Source: a virus. Taken from it: 64,000 nt of DNA. How positions within the stretch are numbered: position 1 is the stretch's first letter; every line of letters begins with the position of its first letter. The DNA lies in the IMG/VR virus record IMGVR_UViG_3300025828_000014, one strand, 5' to 3'. Both the position numbers and the translations under genes were made by a program. The notes under the pieces are model-generated. The model saw only the letters and a program-made list of their open reading frames with translations. It ran no database searches and had not been told where the DNA came from. Positions 26,477 through 36,299 of the stretch are shown piece by piece.

Positions 26477-27486
26477 TCTAAACCGTTGTAAATGTTTAAC
26501 AACAATGCCTTATCAAAGTTGTCACTGTCAATTGCCATAATTTCGTTGCTAACAATTTGATCAACACTTTCAAACTGTGCAATGTCAAGTTCTGTGTTTA
26601 TTTCTTCAAGTTGTTTGTGTGGAATAAGTGTTATTTCACGGCAATCATAATCTCTAATAAATGTTTCTTTAATGAAACTAGCTTCTTCATAACTTACTGG
26701 CAAGTCTAAGGTAACTCTTAGATACATTTTGCTTTTTAGCATTGTATCTTTTTCATCGATCAACTGAGATAGCCTTACAGTTCTATACTTAGGGCAGTCT
26801 AGCCAGTTGATATACTCTGGTTCTGCACCATTCTCACGGTCTAATATCATCATACCGCGGTCATCATCCCAAGCATCTGCATAGTTGTGTGGGAAAGCAT
26901 TACCAATGTAGTGGATCTTGCCTTGCTTCTGACGCTTGTGGAAGTGTCCACTGAACACATACTCTTGATTTACAAAGTGTTCGCTTTTCAGTTCGCCGTG
27001 ATCTGGCATTTGCACCATAGCATTCATGTAAAAACTAGGAAGTTCAAAGTGTCCAAACAGATACTTTGCTTCAATGCTACTCATACGTTTCCATTCGTCA
27101 CCTACTAACCAAGGCACTAATGCAACGTCATCTTCGATATGTATATCTTCAATAACTGTCACACCAGGTATATGTCTTGCAAATTCAGTAGATTTTACGT
27201 CACGTTTATCCTTGTAATACAAATCGTGATTGCCAGCAAACATATAAAACTTGTCAAATGCTGCACCTAGCTTTTCTAAACTGCGTATACCAGAATCCAT
27301 AGTTGTTAAATTTAAGCTGTTTCTGTTGTGATTCCAGTCACCAGTAAACAAGGCTGTTTCACACCCATGTTCTTTTGCAGTTTTGATAAACCAATCTACA
27401 TATTCTTCACAATCTTGGTTATGAACTCGCGAATTACCCTTCAATCCAAAGTGGATATCCGTAAAGACAGCGGCTTTTTTAAACAA
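26473..27486 (-). CDS. gp47: Recombination nuclease gp47 (SbcD/Mre11-like)
   Basis: TDIHFG, GD, AGNHD, GHFE, SGHFH metallophosphoesterase motifs. Confidence 0.96.
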   Translation of the reverse strand: MFKKAAVFTDIHFGLKGNSRVHNQDCEEYVDWFIKTAKEHGCETALFTGDWNHNRNSLNLTTMDSGIRSLEKLGAAFDKFYMFAGNHDLYYKDKRDVKSTEFARHIPGVTVIEDIHIEDDVALVPWLVGDEWKRMSSIEAKYLFGHFELPSFYMNAMVQMPDHGELKSEHFVNQEYVFSGHFHKRQKQGKIHYIGNAFPHNYADAWDDDRGMMILDRENGAEPEYINWLDCPKYRTVRLSQLIDEKDTMLKSKMYLRVTLDLPVSYEEASFIKETFIRDYDCREITLIPHKQLEEINTELDIAQFESVDQIVSNEIMAIDSDNFDKALLLNIYNGLE

Positions 27487-27511
27487 ATTGTTATTCCTTC
27501 TACCAACTTGT

Positions 27512-27540
27512 AGTATAAAACATTATTTTGAGATTGTCAA
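27512..27540 (-). promoter_or_regulatory. Sigma70-type promoter for the gp47-gp46 operon
   Basis: TTGACA (27535-27540), 17-nt spacer, TATACT (27512-27517). Confidence 0.8.
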
Positions 27541-28361
27541 TTACTTTCTTTTTCTCTACGCAAGGCTGCTTCCCATTCGCCTTGGTGCATTCTAGTATGA
27601 CTTGGGTTAAGATCGTTCATTTCTAGTATATCGTCTCTAATATTTTGGTTACGTTTTTCCAAATTAATCACTCTAACAAAGCTATTTGTAACTGCGGCTG
27701 TGTAATATGCAAATGGGTTTTGTGATTTTGATTCATCAAACTGCAAACCAATTTGTGCAAGTTGCAATATTGCTTGACCTTTCATTTCGTCATTATAAGT
27801 ATATCCACGAACATTGCCTCTAGTAGCATATCTATCTACAAGTTTCATCCACATCATAGCAAGTTTGTTAGTTGCCTTACCGTGATCTTTTGAAAAATGT
27901 CCATTTTCCATGCCACCAACCCAATGACTTTTGCCTACACAAATTAAATTATCGTTTTCATCAAACTTGTAGTGCTGATAAGGTGGAAAAGGTAGTTTTG
28001 TTTTTTTATCTGCTTCTGTTTTAGGGTTTTTCTTACGTCCTGGCTCTTCAGGAATGTGTTCAAATGTCATAATACGAAATATTAGTTCGTCTTTTTTGAT
28101 TTTTCTGTAATCTACTTCGCATTCGGCTTGTTTAACTTTTTTACCATTTGCTTTAGCTTGTTCATAAATTTCATTTGATTGTTTTTTTGCTTTTGCACGT
28201 TTTGCTTCAGCAATAGTTCTAACATTGATTTTATCAATACTATTCAAAATTAAATCGTAGTCTGCATGTTCTTTTTCTAAATAACTTGCAAATGAATTTT
28301 TTGATCTATGTATCTCAATTAACATGTCTTTGTTGTTGAGATAATTAACTCTTCTTGCCAT
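27537..28361 (-). CDS. gp55: Late-transcription sigma factor, gp55-like
   Basis: NYLNNKDM, RGYTYNDEM, FDESKSQNPFAYYT..NSFVRVINLEK; adjacent to gp47 as in T4. Confidence 0.9.
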   Translation of the reverse strand: MARRVNYLNNKDMLIEIHRSKNSFASYLEKEHADYDLILNSIDKINVRTIAEAKRAKAKKQSNEIYEQAKANGKKVKQAECEVDYRKIKKDELIFRIMTFEHIPEEPGRKKNPKTEADKKTKLPFPPYQHYKFDENDNLICVGKSHWVGGMENGHFSKDHGKATNKLAMMWMKLVDRYATRGNVRGYTYNDEMKGQAILQLAQIGLQFDESKSQNPFAYYTAAVTNSFVRVINLEKRNQNIRDDILEMNDLNPSHTRMHQGEWEAALRREKESN

Positions 28362-28377
28362 GAGGTCTCCTTACTTG

Positions 28378-28411
28378 TATTTATAATAAACTACGTAGAT
28401 AATTTTGTCAA
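28378..28411 (-). promoter_or_regulatory. Overlapping sigma70 promoter and T4-type late promoter upstream of gp55
   Basis: TTGACA (28406-28411), 17 nt, TATTAT (28383-28388); TATAAATA at 28378-28385. Confidence 0.7.
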
Positions 28412-28412
28412 C

Positions 28413-28418
28413 TAAATA
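28413..28418 (+). promoter_or_regulatory. Late promoter box for the baseplate operon
   Basis: TAAATA followed by SD AGGAG and ATG at 28437. Confidence 0.65.
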
Positions 28419-28436
28419 CTATATAGGAGATTGAAT

Positions 28437-29321
28437 ATGTCTGTAATAAATGTAGTTGGTCAGCTGGTAAACACTGTGCAAACAGCTTTTAATAGTAATC
28501 CAATTGTAAAAACAGTGCGCACAATTGATGCTGCAAGAAAGGTATTTTCTTCTGGCAATGCAGAAGACTTTATTACCTTTGTAAGCCAGGGTAGATTAGG
28601 AACACAAGTAAGCTACGGTGCTTCACCTAATACTGCAACAGTAAGACAAGCAAGATTAGCCGCAGGTAATCAACAAAACGGCGAAGATTGGCGTGTGCGT
28701 ATTCATCTTCCTGCTGCACCGGATTATTTTACGCAAAGTCAAATTTTGTCACCTCTTTTTTTAAGTGATTACAGTTTAGTTTTTCCTACAACACCACAGA
28801 TTCTTTTGTCTAGCATGGCAAATTATGATCAAATACAACCTGTGCATACAAACTATCCTTATCATGTATATGAATCAAGTAGGATAGAAGATATCACAAT
28901 TAGTGCAGAATTTCCTGTAGAAAACGAAAGAGACGGAGCATATTGGGTAGCAGCAGTGCATTTTTTAAGAAGTATTACAAAAATGTTCTATGGGCAAGGA
29001 CCTTTGCAAGGTCATCCACCGCCTAGAGTGGCATTATCTGGATATGGTAATTTTATATTTGACCATACACCTGTTATTGTAAAGATGTTTAACCTAGATT
29101 TACCAAATGCAGTAGATTACATCAAAGTTCCTTTAGAAGATCAGGTATCACTTGATGATCAAATAAATGTGTCTGGTAATTATTGTTACGTTCCTACATT
29201 AAGCACTATTAACGTAACAGTTGCTCCAGCATACAGTAGAACAGCACAAAAGAATTTTAACTTAGAATCATTTATTAAAGGTGATTACATTGGCAATAAA
29301 ACTAATGGAGGATTTATCTAA
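28437..29321 (+). CDS. Baseplate / tail-tube initiator-like protein (gp48/gp54-like)
   Basis: LVFPTTPQI, PVHTNY, GHPPPRVALSGYG..F..PVIV pattern of tube-like baseplate proteins; directly upstream of gp53. Confidence 0.55.
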   Translation: MSVINVVGQLVNTVQTAFNSNPIVKTVRTIDAARKVFSSGNAEDFITFVSQGRLGTQVSYGASPNTATVRQARLAAGNQQNGEDWRVRIHLPAAPDYFTQSQILSPLFLSDYSLVFPTTPQILLSSMANYDQIQPVHTNYPYHVYESSRIEDITISAEFPVENERDGAYWVAAVHFLRSITKMFYGQGPLQGHPPPRVALSGYGNFIFDHTPVIVKMFNLDLPNAVDYIKVPLEDQVSLDDQINVSGNYCYVPTLSTINVTVAPAYSRTAQKNFNLESFIKGDYIGNKTNGGFI

Positions 29322-29620
29322 TGGCAAAATATTCAGCTTCAAGTCCTTACTTTGAAACACCTATAAATGAAAGTTACATGGATATATACCAACCAAGATT
29401 TTTACCCGCAGTAGAAAATGATGTAACATATACTATTGAACCGCAATATACATATAGACCAGATTTGTTAAGTTTTGACTTATATGGTAATGCAAAATTA
29501 TGGTGGGTATTTGCTCTACGCAACATGGATATTATCAAAGATCCAGTCTTTGATTTTAGAGCAGGAACAACTATTAAATTACCGCAAAAAACTACACTTG
29601 ACTCTGTGCTTGGAGGATAA
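29321..29620 (+). CDS. gp53: Baseplate wedge gp53-like (LysM-like) protein
   Basis: YRPDLLSFDLYGNAKLWWVFALRN motif. Confidence 0.8.
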   Translation: MAKYSASSPYFETPINESYMDIYQPRFLPAVENDVTYTIEPQYTYRPDLLSFDLYGNAKLWWVFALRNMDIIKDPVFDFRAGTTIKLPQKTTLDSVLGG

Positions 29621-32569
29621 ATGGCATTAGAAAACCCTTTAAACAGTTTTGCTACCTACAACTATAACTTTGAATTTGGTGTTTTAAACGCTAGACAAGC
29701 CAACGGCGAACAAAGTTATAAAGATGGTGCAGCAGTTACCATTATCAAGTCTGGAGGGTTCTCTGACAAAAGTATAACTACAGCTATTGAGGACGATACT
29801 GGAACAAATGTTGAATTTTTTATAGACAATGTTAATGCAAGCTACTTGCCTACTGCTAATCCAGGAACTAGTTTTTCAAATGCAATACAAATTGATTTTC
29901 AAGTAATAGAACCAGGTAGCGTTGGGTTATTTTTTCAAAGTTTAAGTATTGCAACTGAGCAAGCACTTGGTGTTGGTGTAAGTTATTTGAATGCACCATT
30001 TTTATTCAAATGCACATTTAAAGGTTTTGATGATAACAATAATACAAAAATATTGCCATCGCACAATTTAGTATTGTCTTTGATAAATGTAACGTTTGAA
30101 GTCACAGCAGCAGGTGCTATGTATCAAGTGAGTGCTATACCTTGGAATCACAAAGCCTTTTTTGATCAAATATGTAGAATACCAAACGATGCTGCTTTAA
30201 AAGGGGGAAGTGTAGGAGAAATCTTATCTTGGGGAGAATTTAGTTTAGAAGAGCATCTAAACAAAATTGAAACTGAAAAAGCTAGACAAGATACAAATTA
30301 TATTCCGCATGAATTTAGAATAGATTTCCCACAAGATATTAGTTTATTAAATTCGGATGGAGCTTATGTAACTACTTCTAGACAATACGAATATTCATTA
30401 CAAGATAGAGCTAGAAGACAAAGAGATATTGCTGAAGAGCAAAGACAAACAGCAGTATCAGATGCTAGATTAATTCGACAAGCAAACCAACCTAGAGTTA
30501 CAGCATTAGAACAAACACTCTCTGGATTTGCAGATCCGTTTGAAAAACTACAAGCTGAAAGAAATCTAGCACAAATCAATAGACAAATACCAAATCCTCG
30601 TAGTATAAGAGCAAATGCAGTTATAAATGAAAACGAAAACGAATTAGGACAAGCACTTATTACAGATGATCAATTTGCCTACGGAAATATTCCTTTTAAA
30701 ACATTAGTTGACGGTCAAATAAGAGAAAACCCAGACGGAACAAAAGTGATTACTAGAGGATCAATGACATTTGATCCAGATAATAGAGAATTTCAATTTG
30801 GTGTTGGTGAAAAAATTGAAAAAATTATTGAAGGTGTTTTACTTGGAAGTGCATGGGGAAAGGCTAAAGCAGATGAACTTGCTGTAATAGATGGTTTTGG
30901 AGATCAAGGAGAAATAACTTGGTTTAAAATTCATTCTCGTAGCGAAATAATTGATCCAAGTATGATGGCAAAAACAGGTAATCCTGCAATGCGTTATACT
31001 TACATTGTGACACCGCAGAGCATTCATTCAAGTAGAATTACTGGACTAGCACCCCAAACTTACAGTCCTCAAATCAAAAAAGCAGTAAAACACTACAATT
31101 ATGTGTATACAGGACTTAACACAGATATTATAGATTTTACTTTTAATATTAACAATGCATTCTACAAAGAAATGACTAGACTTGGATCACAAGGCGGTCA
31201 GGACACTATGCAAAATTCAGGTAATAGGGCAGTAATAGAACCTACATCACAAAGTGTTTCAAGTGTTGGCCCAGGATTTTCAGTTACAGCCAGCGAAGAT
31301 TTTTCTAATCCGTCTGGTAATGTAGCCACAGGCAGTGGCACAACATCACCGTCAGGCGGATCTGGTGACGATAGCGGTAAAAGAAGAATAGCAGAACATT
31401 TTAACAAGTTAATTCTCAACAGTGACCAAGATAATGTTATGCTTGATTTAAGAATTTGGGGAGATCCTTTTTATTTTACTGAAGCTGACTTTGGCAACAA
31501 TCATCCTCAATCTAGTGCAATTGGTGTAACAGACAAAGGACATCTTGATATTACAAGAGGCGAAGTTTTTGTTTTGATTAGTTTTAGGACAAGTGTAGAT
31601 TTTGTTGGCAACCTTACTGCATTAGATCCTGCAAATGCTTTTAGCGGCGTATACAAGATTGTAACTTTCCGTAATGAATTTGCAAACGGAACATTTACAC
31701 AAACTTTGAATTTAATGAAAATGCCAGGACAAACATTAGAAGATCAAAATTTATCTAATAGTTTAGTTTTATCAAATCTTTATTCTAATCCAAATTTAGT
31801 TTTAGGAAATATCAACAGAAAAATTGCAAGTCAATCAGTTGCAACACAAGCTCTTTTACAAAAAACTGAATATGGTATAAACTCATTATTAACAGGATTT
31901 TCAAACAATCAAATTGATAAAATTCCTGAATTGTTTAGTGGCACAGCAATAAATGATATAGCACAAAATGTTTTTAGTGCATTTAATCAAATTAATTTAA
32001 TTGCAAATACCTTGAACAGAACAATTGGTGCCCTGTCAAGTATTTTGCCAAGCGGATTTGGCGGTCAACTTAACAGTGCATTAGGTCAACTTAACCAAGG
32101 GTTACCAGCAGCAGCACAACAACTACAAAATCAAATACCTGGATTATTTAATAACATTACAAGTAGTAGTCTTGCTAATGCAGTATTAGCTGGCAGTCAA
32201 GATATTAATGGCGATATTAGTAGAGTGATTGCAGGCGGCGCAGGATTACAAGCCGAAATTAATGCAGCTATTGCAGCAGGACAACCGCAACTTGCGGCTG
32301 CACTATCACAAGCACAAGCACAACTGCCTATAACATTGCAAAAACTTTCTGCAGAATTGCCAGATGTTATGCAAAAATTCCAAGGACAATTGCCTGCTGA
32401 ATTAGCAAATGCTGTCCAACAAATGCCTGCGTCAATACAGAAGAATTTTGACAAGATACCTGGTTATATACAACAGGCAACTGTAACTTCTTTTGCACAA
32501 GCAGCAGAAAATTTCCAAAGCGGCGCCGCAGCAAGAATTACTAGACAATTTGGAGGCAAGTTATTCTAA
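29621..32569 (+). CDS. Baseplate hub protein (gp27-like) with a long Gln/Ala-rich C-terminal extension
   Basis: NPLNSFATYNY start, IWGDP, FSGVYKIVTFRNEFANGTFTQTLNL hub-type C-terminal strands; located before the spike gene. Confidence 0.55.
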   Translation: MALENPLNSFATYNYNFEFGVLNARQANGEQSYKDGAAVTIIKSGGFSDKSITTAIEDDTGTNVEFFIDNVNASYLPTANPGTSFSNAIQIDFQVIEPGSVGLFFQSLSIATEQALGVGVSYLNAPFLFKCTFKGFDDNNNTKILPSHNLVLSLINVTFEVTAAGAMYQVSAIPWNHKAFFDQICRIPNDAALKGGSVGEILSWGEFSLEEHLNKIETEKARQDTNYIPHEFRIDFPQDISLLNSDGAYVTTSRQYEYSLQDRARRQRDIAEEQRQTAVSDARLIRQANQPRVTALEQTLSGFADPFEKLQAERNLAQINRQIPNPRSIRANAVINENENELGQALITDDQFAYGNIPFKTLVDGQIRENPDGTKVITRGSMTFDPDNREFQFGVGEKIEKIIEGVLLGSAWGKAKADELAVIDGFGDQGEITWFKIHSRSEIIDPSMMAKTGNPAMRYTYIVTPQSIHSSRITGLAPQTYSPQIKKAVKHYNYVYTGLNTDIIDFTFNINNAFYKEMTRLGSQGGQDTMQNSGNRAVIEPTSQSVSSVGPGFSVTASEDFSNPSGNVATGSGTTSPSGGSGDDSGKRRIAEHFNKLILNSDQDNVMLDLRIWGDPFYFTEADFGNNHPQSSAIGVTDKGHLDITRGEVFVLISFRTSVDFVGNLTALDPANAFSGVYKIVTFRNEFANGTFTQTLNLMKMPGQTLEDQNLSNSLVLSNLYSNPNLVLGNINRKIASQSVATQALLQKTEYGINSLLTGFSNNQIDKIPELFSGTAINDIAQNVFSAFNQINLIANTLNRTIGALSSILPSGFGGQLNSALGQLNQGLPAAAQQLQNQIPGLFNNITSSSLANAVLAGSQDINGDISRVIAGGAGLQAEINAAIAAGQPQLAAALSQAQAQLPITLQKLSAELPDVMQKFQGQLPAELANAVQQMPASIQKNFDKIPGYIQQATVTSFAQAAENFQSGAAARITRQFGGKLF

Positions 32570-35484
32570 TGCCAGAACCACGTAATATAAGAACTGAATT
32601 TACTAGGAAAAGCGATAACACCGTTACTTTTGATCCAGGCATATATATTGGAAGAGTAATAGGACATTTAGACCAAACTTTTATGGGTGGTTTAAAAGTT
32701 AATTTGTTAAAAGCAAATTCAAACGGTAATGATTGGGATGATACAGGACAAAGTATACAGTGTTTGTATGCAAGTCCTTTTTCTGGACAAACGCCTTTGC
32801 ATCAAGTAGGTGCAAATAACACATATGCAGACACACAACAAAGTTACGGTTTTTGGGCTGTGCCTCCTGATGTTGGCACAAAAGTTATTGTATTACTTGT
32901 GGAAGGAAGAAAAGATTTTGGCTATTGGATTGCATGTATACAAGATACGTTTACAAACTTTACAATTCCTGATGGCAGAACTTCTACTTACATAAACGAA
33001 CTTGGTCAAAAATTGCCTGTAGGAGAATACAATAAAGCATTGACTTCTCCAGATGGCGAAAATCAACCTACAAAATTTTTAAAACCTGTTAATACAGATT
33101 TTGTAAATGTTTTAACTAGAGCAGGATTAATCACAGACGATGTAAGAGGACTTACCACAAGCAGTGCAAGAAGAGAACTACCGAGCACAGTGTTCGGTAT
33201 GAACACTCCAGGGCCTTTTGATAAAAGACAAAATGCTCCAACCTATCAACACGGTAAAGGCGAAATCGAATTTTATAAATCACGACTTGGTGGACACAGT
33301 ATTGTTATGGACGACGGTGATGACAAATTTTTACGCAAAGGGCATCCGGAATCTACACCTTTTGAATATGCAGACATTGAAAACACAGAGGACACAGGTG
33401 ATGTAACTAGACCTGCAAATGAATTGTTTAGAATTAGAACACGCACAGGTCATCAGATACTTTTACACAATACAGAAGATTTAATTTATATTAGTAATAG
33501 TAAAGGGACTAGCTGGATAGAAATGTCTAGCAACGGCAAAATTGATGTATACGCTCAAGATAGTGTTAGTATTCACAGTGAAAACGATTTAAACTTTACA
33601 GCCGATAGAGACATAAATCTAACTGCAAACGAAAACATGAATATCAGTGCAGGCAAAGATATTGCAATCGATGCTGGAAATAGCGTTGGCATTTCGGCAC
33701 AGCAAGAAGTAGCAGTAAATGCTGGAGCAAACATTAGTTTGACAGGCCACGACGGCATTGGACTTTATGGTAATGATAACATTAGTTTAACCAGTAAAGG
33801 CACTCTCAATGTAATTAGCCAGCAACATTTGGCAGTTGGTAGTGCAGAAAGCGTAGGCATTGAAGGTTGCGAATTTGTAAAAATTACTACTGACGGTGAT
33901 TATCACATGAAAGCACTAGGTAGCAGTTATCATCAAGTAGATGGTCAAAATCATTTTAGTAGCGAACTGCAAACATATATAACTTCTGCAAATACATTAG
34001 AACTTTACAGCACAGGTGCAACTAAATTATATTCACAAGCATTGATGAGTTTACAAGCAGATGGCGCCAACATTCAAACAACTGCTACTGAAATACATTT
34101 GAATAGTAGTAGTTATCCTGCTGACACTGCTATAGAATCTCGTGAAGCTACATTGCCACCTGCTCCTAATCCGTTTTTGCCAAATGCACCTGTAAGGGCA
34201 GCAGTTGCAGCACGAGTGCCTGAGCATGAACCGTGGCCACAGCATGAAAACTTAAATCCAGCAGCCTATACAGTTGAAAAAACTAGAGCAGGAACACAGC
34301 AAGTTAATAGTCATTTGAGTTCAACATTGCCTGATACTTTTGCAGCAGTCGGTGCCGGAAGTGTGACACCTGTTTCGAGTGCAGTAAAAGATGATGATAT
34401 TAATAAAAAATCAAACAGAGATGCTGCTGCATTTCCAAATGCATCTGCAGGGCAATTTGCAGTAGTAGCTGTAGGTATAGAAGACATAGGCGATCCTGAG
34501 AAAGCAAAAGTTAACGTTAGAAAAATTATTGTTGATTTGAATGCATTAGGATACAAAGTTGTAATTGTTTCACCAAATATAAATCCTCCATTTGGTCATC
34601 CTATTGAAAATGATTTGAAAACACTTGCAAGAGCTGTTAATGATGCAGCATTAGCAAATGGTGCTATAGTTGAAAATCCAGTGTATGATACAACTGATCC
34701 AACATTAATTACACCTGACGCTGCACAAGAAATTGCAGACAAATATAGATCAACATCAAGATACTTTGGTAGTGCTACAGTAGGTTCTACAATTGCTTCA
34801 GCAGCAGGCGGATCTGTTGAAGTATCTGGAGGCACACAAGCTGTAGCTGAAGCAACAACCGATGTGGCAGTAGCGCAACTCCAACAAGATTATCCGCCAG
34901 CTGGAACAACAGGCACGCAATATGGATGCAATGGTCCTAGCGATGGACCATTGTCGGCTCCTCCGGCAGGCTTAATAACTGGATTCACAGAGGCAGAAAC
35001 TCTTGCTTATCTTAATGCTATTGGCTTTAGAGAAAGCGGTTTGCGTTATAATTGCACAAATAGCATTGGTTTTGCAGGAAAATATCAGTTTGGTGGCTAT
35101 GCACTTAAAGAAGGCGGCTACATTAGAAAAAGCGTCCAAGGCGGCAGTCCAAGACTAAGACTTAATCCAGATAATTGGACAGGAAAAGACGGAGTAAATA
35201 ATGTCGACGATTGGTTGGCAAACAAAGGAGATTGCCAAGAAAAAGGCATGATACTTTACACTAATGCAAATGTAAGATATCTCAAAGCTAATGGTAGTAT
35301 TAGAGAAGGCGACACTAAACAGTTAATAGCTGGATTGTTGATGGGTGCGCATCTAAAAGGACCCAACGATGTTAGAAAATGGCGCAACGAAACTGCGGTA
35401 GGAACAGACGCTTACGGCACTAGCATTGATGAATATATACAGTTGGGACAAGCCACTGTTCCAAACACAGGAGTATACGGATAA
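32569..35484 (+). CDS. gp5: Baseplate central spike, gp5/VgrG-like, with C-terminal lysozyme-like domain
   Basis: OB-fold SYGFWAVPPDVGTKVIV; RTRTGHQI and beta-helix repeats; C-terminal RESG..Y...N..GFAGKYQFG. Confidence 0.75.
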   Translation: MPEPRNIRTEFTRKSDNTVTFDPGIYIGRVIGHLDQTFMGGLKVNLLKANSNGNDWDDTGQSIQCLYASPFSGQTPLHQVGANNTYADTQQSYGFWAVPPDVGTKVIVLLVEGRKDFGYWIACIQDTFTNFTIPDGRTSTYINELGQKLPVGEYNKALTSPDGENQPTKFLKPVNTDFVNVLTRAGLITDDVRGLTTSSARRELPSTVFGMNTPGPFDKRQNAPTYQHGKGEIEFYKSRLGGHSIVMDDGDDKFLRKGHPESTPFEYADIENTEDTGDVTRPANELFRIRTRTGHQILLHNTEDLIYISNSKGTSWIEMSSNGKIDVYAQDSVSIHSENDLNFTADRDINLTANENMNISAGKDIAIDAGNSVGISAQQEVAVNAGANISLTGHDGIGLYGNDNISLTSKGTLNVISQQHLAVGSAESVGIEGCEFVKITTDGDYHMKALGSSYHQVDGQNHFSSELQTYITSANTLELYSTGATKLYSQALMSLQADGANIQTTATEIHLNSSSYPADTAIESREATLPPAPNPFLPNAPVRAAVAARVPEHEPWPQHENLNPAAYTVEKTRAGTQQVNSHLSSTLPDTFAAVGAGSVTPVSSAVKDDDINKKSNRDAAAFPNASAGQFAVVAVGIEDIGDPEKAKVNVRKIIVDLNALGYKVVIVSPNINPPFGHPIENDLKTLARAVNDAALANGAIVENPVYDTTDPTLITPDAAQEIADKYRSTSRYFGSATVGSTIASAAGGSVEVSGGTQAVAEATTDVAVAQLQQDYPPAGTTGTQYGCNGPSDGPLSAPPAGLITGFTEAETLAYLNAIGFRESGLRYNCTNSIGFAGKYQFGGYALKEGGYIRKSVQGGSPRLRLNPDNWTGKDGVNNVDDWLANKGDCQEKGMILYTNANVRYLKANGSIREGDTKQLIAGLLMGAHLKGPNDVRKWRNETAVGTDAYGTSIDEYIQLGQATVPNTGVYG

Positions 35485-36287
35485 TGTGTCAAATAGTTAT
35501 ACCAGGTAATCCAGTTCCGTCTCCGTCAAGAGCATTAGAAGCTGGCGAAATTGATAGATATTTTTTACCTTTTGATGATAATACACAAAGTAGTGTTTTC
35601 ACTCCACCAGATGCTCTTACAGGAGTGGGAGATTTTGATCCTAATATTGGCGGTAATTATCAACCTGTACAACCTCCAGAAAATCCGCCACCTGCTGGCA
35701 CAGCATTTGCAAGTTTGCAACAAATATTAGAAGCGTTTCCTAGTCAAGATTGGAAAGAAAGAGGAAATCCTCCTAATCCAAATATTGCTGAAGCATGGGA
35801 AGTTGCTGGCGGCGGCAGAATGAGTGTTGATGGACCAACAACAAATCCATGGTGTGCAGCATTTGTGACCTGGGTATTGTGGAAATGTGGATTAGAACAT
35901 ATTGTTCCTGGTATGGGTAGCCAAAGTTATTTACGATATGGACAATCAGTAGATTGGCGAGATTTTACAAAAATTAGAAAATACGATTTGGTTGTACTTA
36001 CACGTAAAGAAGAATCACGTTATGGACATGTTGGGTTTGTGCATAGTATTGATCCTGCTGCAAACAGAATTAGAATGTTTGGAGGTAATCAAAGCAATGG
36101 TAAAAATCCATTATCGAATTTTAGAATTGTAAATAGAGAAACCACAGGATTATACTTAAATCAAATTAGAAGAAACTGGGAAATTCCAGCTGGGTTTGAT
36201 ATACCTCTGGTAACAATACAGTCAGAACAAAATACAAGCGGCCCGCCGTCTAGTGATACTGGTGTATACGAAACAAGCACAAGATAG
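35484..36287 (+). CDS. NlpC/P60-CHAP-like (TIGR02594-type) cell-wall peptidase
   Basis: PWCAAFV.W, S.SY..YG, GHVGF, GGNQ with a Cys-His dyad. Confidence 0.8.
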   Translation: MCQIVIPGNPVPSPSRALEAGEIDRYFLPFDDNTQSSVFTPPDALTGVGDFDPNIGGNYQPVQPPENPPPAGTAFASLQQILEAFPSQDWKERGNPPNPNIAEAWEVAGGGRMSVDGPTTNPWCAAFVTWVLWKCGLEHIVPGMGSQSYLRYGQSVDWRDFTKIRKYDLVVLTRKEESRYGHVGFVHSIDPAANRIRMFGGNQSNGKNPLSNFRIVNRETTGLYLNQIRRNWEIPAGFDIPLVTIQSEQNTSGPPSSDTGVYETSTR

Positions 36288-36299
36288 GTTAAATACATT

